Assembly (NCBI GenBank): GCA_013265495.1
Contig: MU058384.1
Coordinates: 2,047,690 to 2,111,689, forward strand
Direction of reading: 5' to 3'
DNA from: Vicugna vicugna
Lineage: Eukaryota
DNA length: 64,000 bases
Below, in pieces: positions 12,971 through 25,831 of this stretch (position 1 is its first letter; every line of letters begins with the position of its first letter). The position numbers were made by a program, and so were the translations under genes. Under the pieces are notes generated by a model that saw only the letters and a list, made by a program, of their open reading frames with translations, was not told the origin of the DNA and ran no database searches.

Positions 12971-15539
12971 TATATGCAGTGGGATTAAATGATGGAGCTT
13001 GTCTTTCCAGCCCTGGGGAGGCATCTTGTCTAGGGTGAGACCAGGCAATCTCTTCTGGGATTGGTGGGTAGGATGTGTGTGTCACAGCCTGGTTTCAAGA
13101 TAAAAAAGTGGGCGCCACGTTCCTTTTGCTGACTTAAATTTTGTAAGGAAATCACCATGCTGTCCCAACAGGAACTTCTGATCTTGCACAGATAGGGTAA
13201 CTCCGTTTTCTATTTAGTGATGAGTTAACCTGTAATTTAACTTTGTGATAGGAACCCCCAGAGCTTCCTTCCCACCAGCTGGATGAGATGTTTCAGGACC
13301 GCAAAGATTCCTTCCAAACCATATCAGGTACTCAAAGAGGACAAGTCTAAATGCTCACAGTTATCTGGCTCAGCAGCTGACGCAGGACCTGGTTTTCCAC
13401 CTTTAGAGCAGAATACAACTTCTTTCTCTGAAATTTCCAGAAAGTTAATATGGTTCAGGAAACAAATTTGTGTGGTAACTCAAAGGAACTTGACAGGAGG
13501 ACCTTACAGTTAGGCTTAACTGGACAAACAGAGCAGGAGTAACTGTAATCTGGATTTTGTCCTAAGGCTCAGGGACAGGGTCTGAATCTCCTCCTTCCCT
13601 TGGTGAGATGGGAGGATAACGAGCCTGATTAGGGCACTGGCCATGGGGCAGGAGTTGACCAGGGTTTCATGTAGGACAGGAGCCACTGAGGCCTTAAGGG
13701 CAGGAAAAGTCAAAATTATGCAAGATAGCCAAATTCCAAAGCACTGAAAGTATTAGGATCACCACATCTGGGGTCTGGTGTCAATGTCAAGTTCAGAGAA
13801 AAGGCAGATAATACAAGAAAAGGCAGAACACAAGCAAGCCAGAATCAAATGTGGTAGCGGGTTGAATTAAGGGAGAAAACAAAATGTTTTTTCCTGAAAA
13901 TTTTTCTAGAATATCAATTGACATTTATAGTGTTCATTTAATGACTTTCTATGAGGACTGAAAGGTGTTGTTGGTGGCAAATGGCTATGTGGGTGAGCAC
14001 AGCTTAGACAGCCTGGGGGAAAGCAGACCGGTAGCAGGGAAGTCCGTCATTATCTTAGCCCAGGCTGATTATAAACTTCCTTGGTTCCACCCTTGATCAA
14101 GTATCGGGGAACTTCCCACTTCCCCCACACCCCAAGTAAGAATGGAACTTCCACCCACTTCTGTTGGATGTGTGTGTATTCTGTGACTTTGTAAGAGTGG
14201 AGGGGGGTTCACTTGGGTAATGGTACATGGGGTACGCCTGAGTGGGCCCCACTCCGCTGGGCAGTACTGAGTGTGGACAGAGAGCACCAGTGGCTGGTTT
14301 GGTCCCTGTCCCAAGACAAGGGGCTTCTCCAGTGACCTCAAGGATTCTGAGATTTACAACTATGGGGCCTTCAGACAGTGCCCCTCTGGGTAGTCCTGTC
14401 TGAAGTCTGCTCACCCTGCTTTGCAGTGGCTAAAGCCTTCTAGACTGCTTCTGGAGGGTCAACCCGCAGGCTCCCAAGGGGCCCGGTGGCAAGCCCCTCC
14501 CGCTGGAAAATCCCTCCTCGCCTACTTCTCCTTTCCCTCAGGAGCCTCCTTTCCCGTCATGTTGCCTTCTCCTGTGGCGTTTTCACAAGAGACCCTGATA
14601 CTTTAGAAAGTAGTTTATTCATTAAAGCCTGAAAATTTAGCTCTCCTTGAGAGCATGGAGAGCTTAACTCCAAATCCTCCCCGGAAGGGGTGAAGCATTT
14701 GCATCCCATCTTCCCAGTGCAGACACGTGGTGGGGGAAAACAAGGCTTTCACAGTAAGCAGCCTGAAATTTCACAAGCTCTTGCAACATGTTCACATGAA
14801 AGAGGGTCATTAGAGGAGAACCAGACACTTTCAAACCAGAAACAAAGCCAACTTGGGACTCAGAGGTGGTGGGTGGGGGTGGGGAGGTGCATATATAATG
14901 TACAATGCAGGGGACAGAAAAGAAATTGTCTCCTCTACTGGACAACAAATTCCTCAACGGCAGTGATTGTGTTATTCAACTTTCTGTCCTCAGCATCTAG
15001 TAGAATTATTAACACGTAGTAGGTGCTCAATAAATATTTCCTTGAAATGAACTAAATTCACCAAACTATTTTCATGACAAGAATTTATAGTTTTGTGTAA
15101 AGCCCCTAGGATGTCTTAAAAGCCCTACACATCCCAGACAACGCGAACCTTTAGAGAGTTATATTCGAACGTTAAATGAATGCATATCAGTGAAGATCCT
15201 AGAAAAATGGAGAGAAAGACAAATATAAAGGAAATAGGCAGAAAAGTACCTGGATGTGAAAAAGAAAGCAAGTGATGGCTCTCCTATTCCAAAGCTCATC
15301 ATATCAAACCATTTCTTTAAAATAATCCTAGTTGATCCAATTACAGCTGATTTAGAAACATATTATTTCCAAAAAACCACCTTTTTCTCAAAATGATGAA
15401 GGCAATGGGGCAGAAATTATAAAGGGGAAAACATCAAGCAGATTCTGGGGTGTGGCTTGTGTGGGGAAACAGGCATGTCTCCACCAAGATTCAGTCTGGT
15501 CAACGCAAGGATTTGTATTGTGGAAATATTGTTTTGTTT

Positions 15540-15680
15540 TTAAAATTCATTGTATTAAAGACCCTTAACATGCGTTCTACCCACTAAAAAATTTTCAAGT
15601 GTGCAATGTAGTATTGTTACAGGTCCACACTGTGTTGTACAGCAGATCACTAGAACTGGTTCCTCTAATATAACTCTTAT
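15540..15680 (-). mobile_element. L1MA-type 3' end fragment
   Basis: cccttaacatgcgttctacccact..aaattttcaagtgtgcaat..gtattgtta..tgtgttgtacagcagatcactagaac is typical of an L1MA 3' UTR terminus. Confidence 0.7.
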
Positions 15681-17449
15681 TTTTCTCTCCCTTTTTCTGA
15701 TTTCTTGATTTCTTACCAGCTTTCACTTAACTTTGCCTCCAATATCACCTGTAGTTCCATTCTCCATTTTCCCATCTCCAGTGACCTAATCTGAAATGTC
15801 ATCACTTTCATCCCTCACGTCCTGTTCTATCTGTGAAATTATTAATAATCATCTTATAGTTCTCTCCTGAAGGAAGGGTCAACAGCAAAAGATTAAGTTG
15901 AACTTTCTTCTCACCACTCCAAGTCTATGCAGGGAAACTTTTCTGTATATTCTAGGAGTATTCTGTTTCTCTCTCTTAGACTGTGCACCAAGCTGTATTA
16001 TAATTACTTGTTTGCTCAGAATGAATATCACCCTCACTAGCTTCTTACCTCTTTAAAGACAAGAAATGTTTTTTCAAATCCTCAGACATATAGTATTTAA
16101 TAAGTAATAAATGAAGGCAGGGAGAGAGAGAAGAAGGGAGCAAAGGAAAGAAGGAAGGAAGAGGAAAGAAGTTAGTTGATTCTCTAGTTGGGGAATTCTA
16201 TTCATAAAAGAGAAGAATATGATATTAAATTTGTGGAAACCAAATAAGCACTCTCACAACAAAATCACTGTAACTGCTCCTCAGCCTGATCACTCGAAAT
16301 GACCTGGCTAATTGAGCAGCATATCTTGAGTTAGGTGGAGATGGGCCAGTTTCATATGGGCAACAGATGCTCCAGTCTGCAGGGTAAGGTAGAAAATTAA
16401 AGCAACTATTTATTTTTTTAAGGTTTCCAAATTCTACAAACACAACCATCCACAAACACTAAGCCAAACTCTCTAAACTACAGCAAACTTCATTTTGGTT
16501 ATCAGGGAATTTCATGGAAGCTTTTGGTTTTGATTTCTTAGTTGAATTTCCCTGTTTTTCTTATTTCTTTTTGTACGTACCATGATTATCTTAATGACTA
16601 CCTTCCTAGTAAATAATCCTTTGAAAATTATTCCCTTTGAGTGAATGGACAGGTTCACTGAGTGACTTTGGTAAAACAGCTTTCTATTTTTAAATCAAAG
16701 TATTGATCCAGGAAACATGGGCACTGTGACTCCTGGGATCACAGAGGCTGGATCTCAGTGAGCTTACTGACATCTTGTTGGACCTTTGTGAGTGTCTTTA
16801 TTATATGCTATGGAAAGTAGCATACAGTTAACTTCATAGTTCTTGGCTGAAATAAACTTATCTTGGTAAAATCAGCTTTGCTACTATCCAAGCAATACAT
16901 TTTGACAATAAGAATTAAAAAAACAAAATTTTTTGAGACAGTATAAATCTGTTTTTGAACAATCCAAGAAAGTACTTAAATGTATCTTCTATCTTGAAAT
17001 TTAATTATATCTTGTCTTTAAAATAGTTACAAAAAGCACATTAAAAAAGATTTATGTCAATTTAAAAACCTTAATGCGATGGATAAATTTCCAAGAAAAA
17101 AAGTTATTCAACAAGAAAAAGAAAATCTAGAAAGACCAATAAGCAAGGCAGAAACTGACCAAGTTGGAAAAGAAATACCACCCAAAATGTCGAATGATTT
17201 TATAGGTGAATCATTCCAATGATAAATAGAAAAAGACTATCTCGATAAAATTTGGAGACCTAAACACAACCTTGATAGGAAAGTGGCAATTGTACAACAA
17301 CAGAAAGGTGTAAGATTGATTGAGTGACAGAGAGATCCAATCTAAAATAAATTCTCCTGGCTAATTGTTTTCACTTTTTTGTCATTTATAATATATATGG
17401 TTTAAAAAGGCAAATCGTTTTACATAGCTTATTCATTATCATGAAAAAC

Positions 17450-17890
17450 AGTGGCTCTTTCCATCAAGAGGTGGAATGAAATTTTCTTTTCATTAAATCT
17501 GCCCTGGCCTTCATGACTCACCTGTAATCAATAGAATGCATTGAAGTGCTGTTGCATAATTTTTGCCTTGATCTCTTGGAATGCTTGCTTTTCAGATGTT
17601 CCCTCTTAAAACACAGCCGCTATGCTGTAAGAAGCCCAAGCAAACGCAGATGCCACAAGATGCTCCAGGAGATAGCCCCAGATAAGTTCCCAGACAACAG
17701 TCAGGATTAACTGCTACCCACAAGAGTGAGTCACTTTGGACATCCAGCCCAGTCAAGCCTTCAGAGGACTGCACATGTAAGATACCACAAAAGAGATCTG
17801 CCTAGCTGAGCCTTTCCCAAATCCCTGACCCACGAAACCATATTTCCTGCTTGTTTTCCATTTGGGGATAATATGTTATGCAGCAAACCA
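17450..17890 (+). mobile_element. MaLR LTR (MLT1G/H-like)
   Basis: ccatcaagaggtggaat..tgactca..aatagaatg..gaagtg..cagccgctatgctgtaagaagcccaag..ccagtcaagccttcaga..gctgagcc..cctgacccac..tttggggataatatgttatgcagca follows the MLT1 pattern. Confidence 0.7.
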
Positions 17891-18439
17891 CGTCCTTAGA
17901 CTTAATTCTTAATCCTAAGAAGCCCCCCACCCCCGATACACACACCCTAAGTTCCTACAATGGACCACTGGAACTACTAATGGGAAGGCTGGCAGATGAC
18001 AGAAGCCACTAAATGCAGAGACTTGATTAGAGGTTAAAGACTACAACCCATTTCATGCTACCAGCCTGTTGGCCAAAAAGGCTAGACTAATTCTGAGGAT
18101 ACCTGAACATAGACTCAGGGAGCAGGCCACACCAGCCACTTTGCAGTGGAACCAGAGGACAGCACGAGGACTCCTGTCTAGAACTGAGGCCCTTCTCTCT
18201 CACAGTCAAGAAATCATGTAAGCTGATCTCCATCTTCCATCCTCATACACCCTCATGACATCTGGGAGGAAAACAGGGAAAAGAGGAAGAAATATGAAAG
18301 GCTGAGCATTTCAGTGAAAGAGACTGAATTATTTAAATGATCACACTTTTCTTTGGAAGAGGTCTTTCGGAACTGAGATGGCTCTTCAAAGTTGTTCTAA
18401 ACAATGCAAGGACCTTTAGTCTCCTTTACCCACTGGTGA

Positions 18440-20360
18440 GACACTGGATGTTGGCTGCCCTGGGACAGGGGTGTAAATGCCGATGAGGCAAGTTCCTTCT
18501 CCCGAGGGCAATTCTTGGAGAGGGATTCAGCTGTGAGCCCCTTCCAGCATTTCCAACATTCAATTTTATTTCAATTTCAAGATTCCCAACAGCTGAAGGA
18601 ATGGGGGCCTCAGTCCTGCAGTTGGGGGGTCTGGGGGCAGGCAGAGATCTGAGTCATCCACAGCAACCACCGTGATCCACGCTCACATCACCAGATCCAC
18701 TTGCTTCATATAGTTACCTGATATGGGAACAACGTCCCCCCGGACTCTGATGAGTCTCGTTTCCTGGAAAATTTTACAAGAGGAATGTTAGTGAATTGTA
18801 TCTGGGGCAGTTGCCTCTCATTTCAAGGCCACACCTGACACTCATTGTACCCTCTCTACTTCAGTAGAAAGAGAAGTGGGGAAGAGCAATGAGAAGAGCA
18901 TGCCCTCAGCTTCAGCTAACACCTCTGCTGCTCTAGGTGGCTCACCTTGTGAGATGACATTGTCCCTCATCCCTGAGTGGCCTGAGTCCCCTGTCACCAT
19001 GCCCTTCTCAAACTGTGGCAGTTACACTCATCCATTTAACATCAAAACTAAATGGGGGAGACCAACACACCCAGTGGATCTTCTCAGTGTGAACCATGCT
19101 CTTTCCTACCTCAACTACGTACAGTAAGTACTATCACCTCCTGATGAGTAGGTTCAGTTACTCTCCAGTGCGTTGATTCTTTTGTTCCGCACTAATCTAT
19201 TGGCACAAGGAGCCCTAAGTGACAAAAAATAATTTGTAGCCTAAAGTTTAATGGGACTAATAAAAAGCCTCCTGGTGCAAGTAATCCCCTGTGAGAACCA
19301 GGACCTTCAGATACTCAAAACCTAGAGTTAAGGGGAGGGGAGGTGGAAACCCCCGCAGTGGGCTGCTGAGGGCAAAAGTAAGTGGGGCCAGTTTTACTTC
19401 CGTCTTTTGGTTCTCCGTCCCATATAGTCTACCTACTGGGGACAGAGTAACATACAGGATCGTTAATTTAGGATACATAATACATCCTGGAGTATGGGGT
19501 CCTGTGTTCACAGAATATCATCTCCAAGCTGACACATCAGCTGTACCTTCAAAAGGCCTTTCTATACTCTCTGAGGTCAGCAGCTTCTGGATGATGTGGT
19601 ATGTGAGAATTCCTGTGGGTCCCATGGTCATGTGTCCACTAACACACTTCTGTTGCCAAGGAGGGTCTCTTGGTCTGAAGCGATGTTATGCAAATTACAC
19701 TTTGGTAATCAAAACAGTCTTAAACACTTAGACAGTGGTGTTGGCAAAAGCCTTGTGGACGGGAAAGCAAACTTGCGCCCAGGACATATTTGATTCCTGT
19801 AAAGATAAATCAGCTTGTCACCAGGTGCACGACTGGTCTCCTCGAAGGATGATGTTGCATCGGGAATCGAACTTGGTGTTGAGCTGATACCAAACTGAGC
19901 TGAGCTGAACTCCACCATTGCTGGCGGGCTGGACATCTGGCTTTGGTAAGTGGAACCTATGATGTGGGGCTCATATATACTTCCCATTGCTGCACAGTTC
20001 CTGAGCCAACGTGCTAACACCAGGGTGGCTGACTGCAGGGGTCCCTGCCAGGTTGTTTTGTCTACTTGGAAGTCTTGTGCCTCCTCTGTAGTGGATGCTT
20101 TCTGGTGGGTGTGAAGATATAAAGATATTCACACTTTATGCCCCTTCTCATAGGTTCAACCACATGATTTCCTCCCAGATTTCCTCCTCCCTAACCTTCC
20201 AGACTGCCTCCTTCCAGCCCCTGCCCTATCATTTGTCACTGTCCATGGGTTTAATGTATATTCTTACTTGGGTCACCTCTTACATGAAGTGAACGACCAG
20301 GTGCATCAACTGAAACACTCCCCAATGGATTTCCCCTCACTAATGTCTTTCAGGGCCACC
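18440..20360 (-). mobile_element. Class III ERV (ERVL-like) relic: RNase H/integrase/dUTPase-like pol fragments with adjacent LTR-like sequence
   Basis: Minus-strand translations with stops: HQKASTTEEAQDFQVDK (~20055-20115, RNase H end); LSPVGRLYGTENQKTEVKLAPLT..PLTLGFEYLKVLV (19257-19511, integrase C-terminus); VPLNFRLQ..HLGLLVP..DPLG (~19060-19257, ERVL-type dUTPase-like). The order pol then dUTPase fits ERVL. Confidence 0.75.
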
Positions 20361-20369
20361 CATGAGCTG

Positions 20370-21350
20370 GATTTACACAAAAGTTTAACAATATGTTCTG
20401 CAAAAGTGAATAAAGAGGCAAACCACAGACTGTTGAATATACTTGCAAATCACGTATCTGGCAAAGAGCTTGTATCAAAAAGGTATAAAGAATTTTCAAA
20501 ACCCAATGATAAGAAAATAAATAATCCAATAAAAAATGGGAAAAGTGAATAGACATTTTACCAGAGAAGATATTCAGATGGCAAATATGCACATGAAAAG
20601 ACAAAAAAAGATCTGTCATTGGGGAAATGCAAATTAAAATCATAGTCAGATAATACTCACTACACACACATTAGAATGGCTTGTGAGGATGTAGAGAAAC
20701 TAAAATTCTATGCATTGGTGATGGGAATGCAAAATGGTGCAGCCATTTTGGAAAGCAGTTTGGCTGTTTCTTTTAAAGTTAAACATATAGTTACCATATG
20801 ACTCAACAATCCCACTTCCAGATATTCACCCAAGAAAAAAAATGGAGACTTAAGTTTGCACAAATACCTGTAAACACTTGTTAGCAGTGTCTTTATTAAC
20901 AGTCACCCAACATTTAGAAGCAACCCAAATGTCCTTCAACTAGTGAATGGATGAACAGACTATAATTATCCATACAATAGAATACCATTTAACAACAAAA
21001 AAAATTAACCACTATACAAGGAAGATGATGGAAAAACTCGAATGCATTATGCTATACGAAAAAAAAAAATCCAGATTCAAAATACCACATAATTCCATTT
21101 ATACTGTATCTTGAAAAGGAAAAACTATAGAAACAGAAAATAAATCGGTGATTGCCAGGGGCTGAGGGTAGAAGGCAGAATTAGTACAAAGGGGAAGCCC
21201 AAAGGAATTTTAGGGGACAGTCACAGAATTGTTCTGCATCATGATTTTGGGGGTGGTTTCCAAATAACCATTATGCATTTGTCAAAACTCATAGAACTGT
21301 ATACCATAAACAATGAATTTCAGTGCATTTATTTTATTTTTAAAACTAAA
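20370..21350 (+). mobile_element. Old LINE-1 (L1MC/MD-like) 3' fragment
   Basis: Decayed ORF2 end (acttgcaaatcacgtatctggcaaagagcttgtatc; ggaaatgcaaattaaaat; gcagccattttggaaagcagtttggc) and a 3' UTR containing atttgtcaaaactcatagaactgtatac. Confidence 0.85.
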
Positions 21351-21869
21351 TTAGAGGTTTCCAATTAAAAAACAGTTGATATTTGCTAGCAGTAACTATT
21401 TGATCTTACCTGAAAACCAGCATCTTTAAACTTGTAGTTATATAATACAGATCATCTCTTTTAAAGTAGCTTTATCATATCACTTTTTAAAGTTGATATG
21501 TCTAGAAATGTATAGGAAAGAAACTCAACTTGACCTCGAAAGGCCTGTATATTACATCATTTTTCCCTTCATACCTAAAAATATAAATTTAAGTAACAAA
21601 TATAGGGGAAAATCCCTTTTATTTGTGAAACTGTCGAACCCTCCAGCACCTAGCCAACCCAGTATCCAACTGGGTGTGGAGAAGGTCTCCCTTTTGTGCA
21701 AATATTTCTGGTTTTTGGAGCTCCTGCCTCCCTTATGGAGAATATGTGTGTGTTTGGAGGGAATTTTATGTAGATACAGTGCTCCTTCCAAGTGCTGATG
21801 TTCAGGATTCTCCCACCTCCCTCAGTACAAACGTTGTATGTCAATTGTATCTCAATTTTTAAAAAAGGT

Positions 21870-22130
21870 AACAAAAATATATGTTAATATCAGGTAGTGA
21901 AAAGTGCTAAAGAAAAAGAATTCCGATAAGGGGTTAGAGTGTGGTGGTGAGGCTATTTCAGATGCGACGTTGAGGGAAGGTCTCTTTGAGGAGGTGATGT
22001 ATGAAGAGGGACCTGAGGTGTAAGAGAACAAGCCAAGCAAAGGTTTGTGGGGAAAGTATTGTACGCAGCAGGAGCAAGGTCCAGGGGCAAGAAAGAGCTT
22101 CAGGGTCTAGGAAAGGTGGTGGAGAAAATG
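21870..22130 (-). mobile_element. L2 LINE fragment
   Basis: aagtgctaaagaaaaa..gggaaggtctctttgaggaggtgatgt..gacctgag..agccaagcaaagg..gggaaag..aggtccaggggcaaga matches the antisense of an L2 3' region. Confidence 0.65.
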
Positions 22131-22348
22131 CTGAAGACAGTTGTGAGCCAATTCCTACTTCATGTGCTCTCCCTCCCCTTTACACCTTTGGAAGACAGGC
22201 CATCTGCGGGTCTCTCATCAACTCTGGTAGGTGTCCTGTAGGAGTGTGTGAGTTATTGCTGTGGCAAATTTAAAGTTTCAGAGATAGAGAAACTTGAGAT
22301 TTACGGCATGTTATGTATGTAAGTATATAAAGTGCTGCTATTCAAATA

Positions 22349-22627
22349 CAGCTCCACAATCCCTCTTCTTTAAAAAAAGAAAGGTAATGCAATGCCTGTA
22401 ACTGTGTATATTAACATCCCATTAAGGCTTGGCATAAAATGAATAAATATTGACACTAAGTGGCATATATAAAGACTATAAATAGCCTTATGTGAGTAAA
22501 GATTTTGCCTCCAAATGAGGCAGGGCAGGTTTTGCTGCCAGTTACAAAAAAACCAGAAAAACAAAAAACCTTTGGGTTTTCAGTGCTCTTTGAATTTTGG
22601 GATTCCAGATAAAGAATTGTGAACCGG
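22349..22627. mobile_element. TcMar-Tigger-like MITE
   Basis: Flanked by TA on both sides (22347-48, 22628-29). Degenerate terminal inverted repeats cagctccacaatccct / aaagaattgtgaaccgg. Confidence 0.6.
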
Positions 22628-23450
22628 TAATAATTTCCTTTCATGGGCCATTTATAAGATCAGCACTCTGGGTAGCAACATGTAGCAGGCAAATAAAAAT
22701 GAAAACTGAAAAATCTGATTCTGCCGTGGCTGCTGGTTTTGAAATATTTCTTATTTGCGAAGCATAAACTCTTGTTAAGGTATGCTATCCGAGATATCTG
22801 GAGAATCACCTCTCTTAGATACGTGCGTAATAGAACAGTGCAACCACATGATTTTCATAAAGGGGGAAATTAAGGGCCGCAGGAGCAAGCCCCTGTGGTC
22901 GGCCCAGAAACCAGACAGGTTTATAGAGTTGATGGCATATACTTATAGCACTAAGTTCCTGGTGACCAGAACCACCTTGTACAGAGAGAGAAACTTTGCC
23001 AGCTTTTCCCTCTATTCAGCAAGTTTGTTTCTCAGGTAAGCTTGGCTTGGAGCAAGAGTGGGAGTTAGTTAGGACTCAGTGGTTAGTGTCTGCATGATGA
23101 GAGTTCCTAGATAGTTTGGATGGTCATAGCCTTTCAGAGCACATAGAAATACTGAATTGATCCTCAGTAACATCCGACCTCAAAAAGGTACAACAGATAC
23201 AATAATAGTAACCTGAACAATGTTCCCCTTTCACTCAATGTTTATTAACCGTTTAGTGCCAGAAGCTTCGAAACAATCCAAACTGCAGCCCGTATCTCAG
23301 CTCTCTGGGTCTGAATGGGCAGCGTGCAGTTCCCCCTGGTCCCGGCTCTGGGGTAGGGGGTGGCGGTCCAGCTCCTCCCGGCTCCGCGGAGGGGGTCCCA
23401 GCTCCTCCCGCTTAGTCCCGAGGGCGGTTCGGCCAGCCGCCGCGGGGCTC

Positions 23451-23469
23451 CAGCCACCAGGGGGCGCTG
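23451..23469 (+). promoter_or_regulatory. CTCF binding motif
   Basis: CAGCCACCAGGGGGCGCTG contains the CTCF core CCACCAGGGGGCGC exactly. Confidence 0.75.
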
Positions 23470-24140
23470 CGGCCCCCCTCTCCCGGGAGCGGCCGAGCCA
23501 GCCCGGTGGGTGTTTCTCTCTCCCTCTCGCGCTCTCTCCTCCCGGCCTCACATCCGGGTCTGGAGCGCGGCCGCCGCTGTCAGTGTCGGTGCGGTCGCGT
23601 CGGGGGCCGGGCCGGGGCGCAGTAAATGGCGGCGGAGGGAGGCGGAGCGGCGGCCGCTCAGCCAAGAGCCCCCGAAACTTTAGACTAGAAGCCCCGCAAC
23701 TTTTCCGGGAAGTGCTGCCGCTCCGGGGGCGTGGAAGGAAGGGGAAGGCGAGGCGGGAAGTCTGGGGGGTAGCGGCGGGGAGCCGGGGAGACTCGAACCC
23801 GCGGCGGGGGCGGTGGCGGAGTCCGCCTGGGCCTCGCGCCGCTGCGGCCCCCGCCTCCTTCCCCGCGCCCTCCCAGGGGCCGCCGAGTCGGAGCCGCGCG
23901 CCGCGCAGAGCCCGGGACCGCGCGGGGCCTCGTAGGCGGCGGCGCGCCGAGCACAGCCGGGCCCCCTCCTCGCGACCTCCGGGCCCCGTGGTTCGGACGC
24001 CCCCCGCGCGCGCGCGCGCGAGGCCGGGGCTCTCCGCCGCTTCAGGGGGCGAGGAGGAGGCCGGGCCGCGCGCAGCCCCCGCCATACCGGGGTCGTGGGG
24101 CCGGGCCCCGGGTGTTGCATGCGGGGCGGGGCGGCCGTGA

Positions 24141-24599
<459 letters not shown>

Positions 24600-25664
24600 T
24601 GAAGAGCGTAAGTTCTGTATCTCTCGGGTGCTCCTCAGAATCTGTATTTTTCAACACTGGGAGAGCAACTTAAGATGAAGAATCTTGGGTTGTTACCATG
24701 TATTTGAATCCTAGATCCTGGTAGTATATGCATAGGTCTTCGGATCCTGCAGAGTGGTAAAGTTATCAGTGTAGGTAAAATATTTTTAAATTCTTTAATT
24801 AACCGAGCAGACGCGATAAAGAGGGTTTTATAGATTTAGGAATCGAAGTAGCCGATTGTTTTGTTTTGTTTTTTTGTTTTTAAGGAAACTAAATTCTTGG
24901 GGAGATTAAATTTGAACTTTTAGCTTGTAGTTTACAGGTAGATATGAAAAGAACTTTAACTATAGGATGCATGGCTGATGGAAACTGGATAGTTTTTCGA
25001 TTGGCATTCGATAACACTTGGTGGAACTTGTGGATGGGGTTGGGAGATAAGTATTGAGCAACTGGAAGTCAAAGGTGCATATTAACCTCAATCAGTAGCA
25101 CTAGAGGAGCAAGCAGAGTAAGTTTAAGATTTCTCTATCACGTCTGCTTTTGAAATAGAAGGCTTCTTAGAAGTTCTTATCTAATGTATATGGTGAGCAT
25201 TGACGTTACTCCGTTTAATGATTCATGGCTGCTGGTAAGTCTTTTTAAACAGCATATCTGGGACAGGTTTTAAGCTTTCATCTTTGTGATGATCCAAGCC
25301 ATTTATCCAGATCTTCAAAACTTACAGCTATGTACGTAGGTATGATGTAGTGTACTGCAGAGAGCACTGAATCAGGAGCTTTCAGGCTGGGTCCTTGACT
25401 CCACTCTGTTGTTAACCAGCATTGTGACTGTGGGCCAGGTGCTTTCACTCTTCCGGCATGAGTGTGGTTAGAATGAGAGTTAAGCTCCTTATAACAAAAG
25501 TTCTGGGAACTGTAAAAATGTCCACACAGGCCTGTGTTTTAGAAGCTACCTGTGCATTAGCTATGGCTGAGTTGAATGAGTTCTATCTTTTTGCATAATC
25601 TGTGTTTTTTATATTGCTTTTTAAAAATCTTGAGAGGAAAAGTAGAGTGTCTCACACACCAACA

Positions 25665-25831
25665 GCTAGAAGTCTCAAATTCATTCTGCTGAAAAGAAAC
25701 AAAGAGTAAATATTTCAGTTTTTGCTGGCCACAATACAGTGTCTTTTTTTATTTTTTTAACCCTTTAAAAATGTAAAAACCATTCTTAGCTCAGGGGCAA
25801 ACAAAACAGGGCCAGTACTTGCTGACCCCTG
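25665..25831. mobile_element. MER58-like hAT MITE
   Basis: gagtaaatatttcagttttt..aaaaatgtaaaaaccattcttagctc..aaaacagg..ttgctgacccctg matches the MER58-family ends. Confidence 0.6.

Noticed and set aside
23220..24140. 306-aa ORF in frame with REPS1, a possible N-terminal extension or separate gene
   Set aside because: It ends at TGA 24138-24140, 12 nt before the REPS1 AUG. Its low-complexity Arg/Pro/Gly/Ala composition is what stop-poor CpG-island DNA produces, and its start lies upstream of the island.
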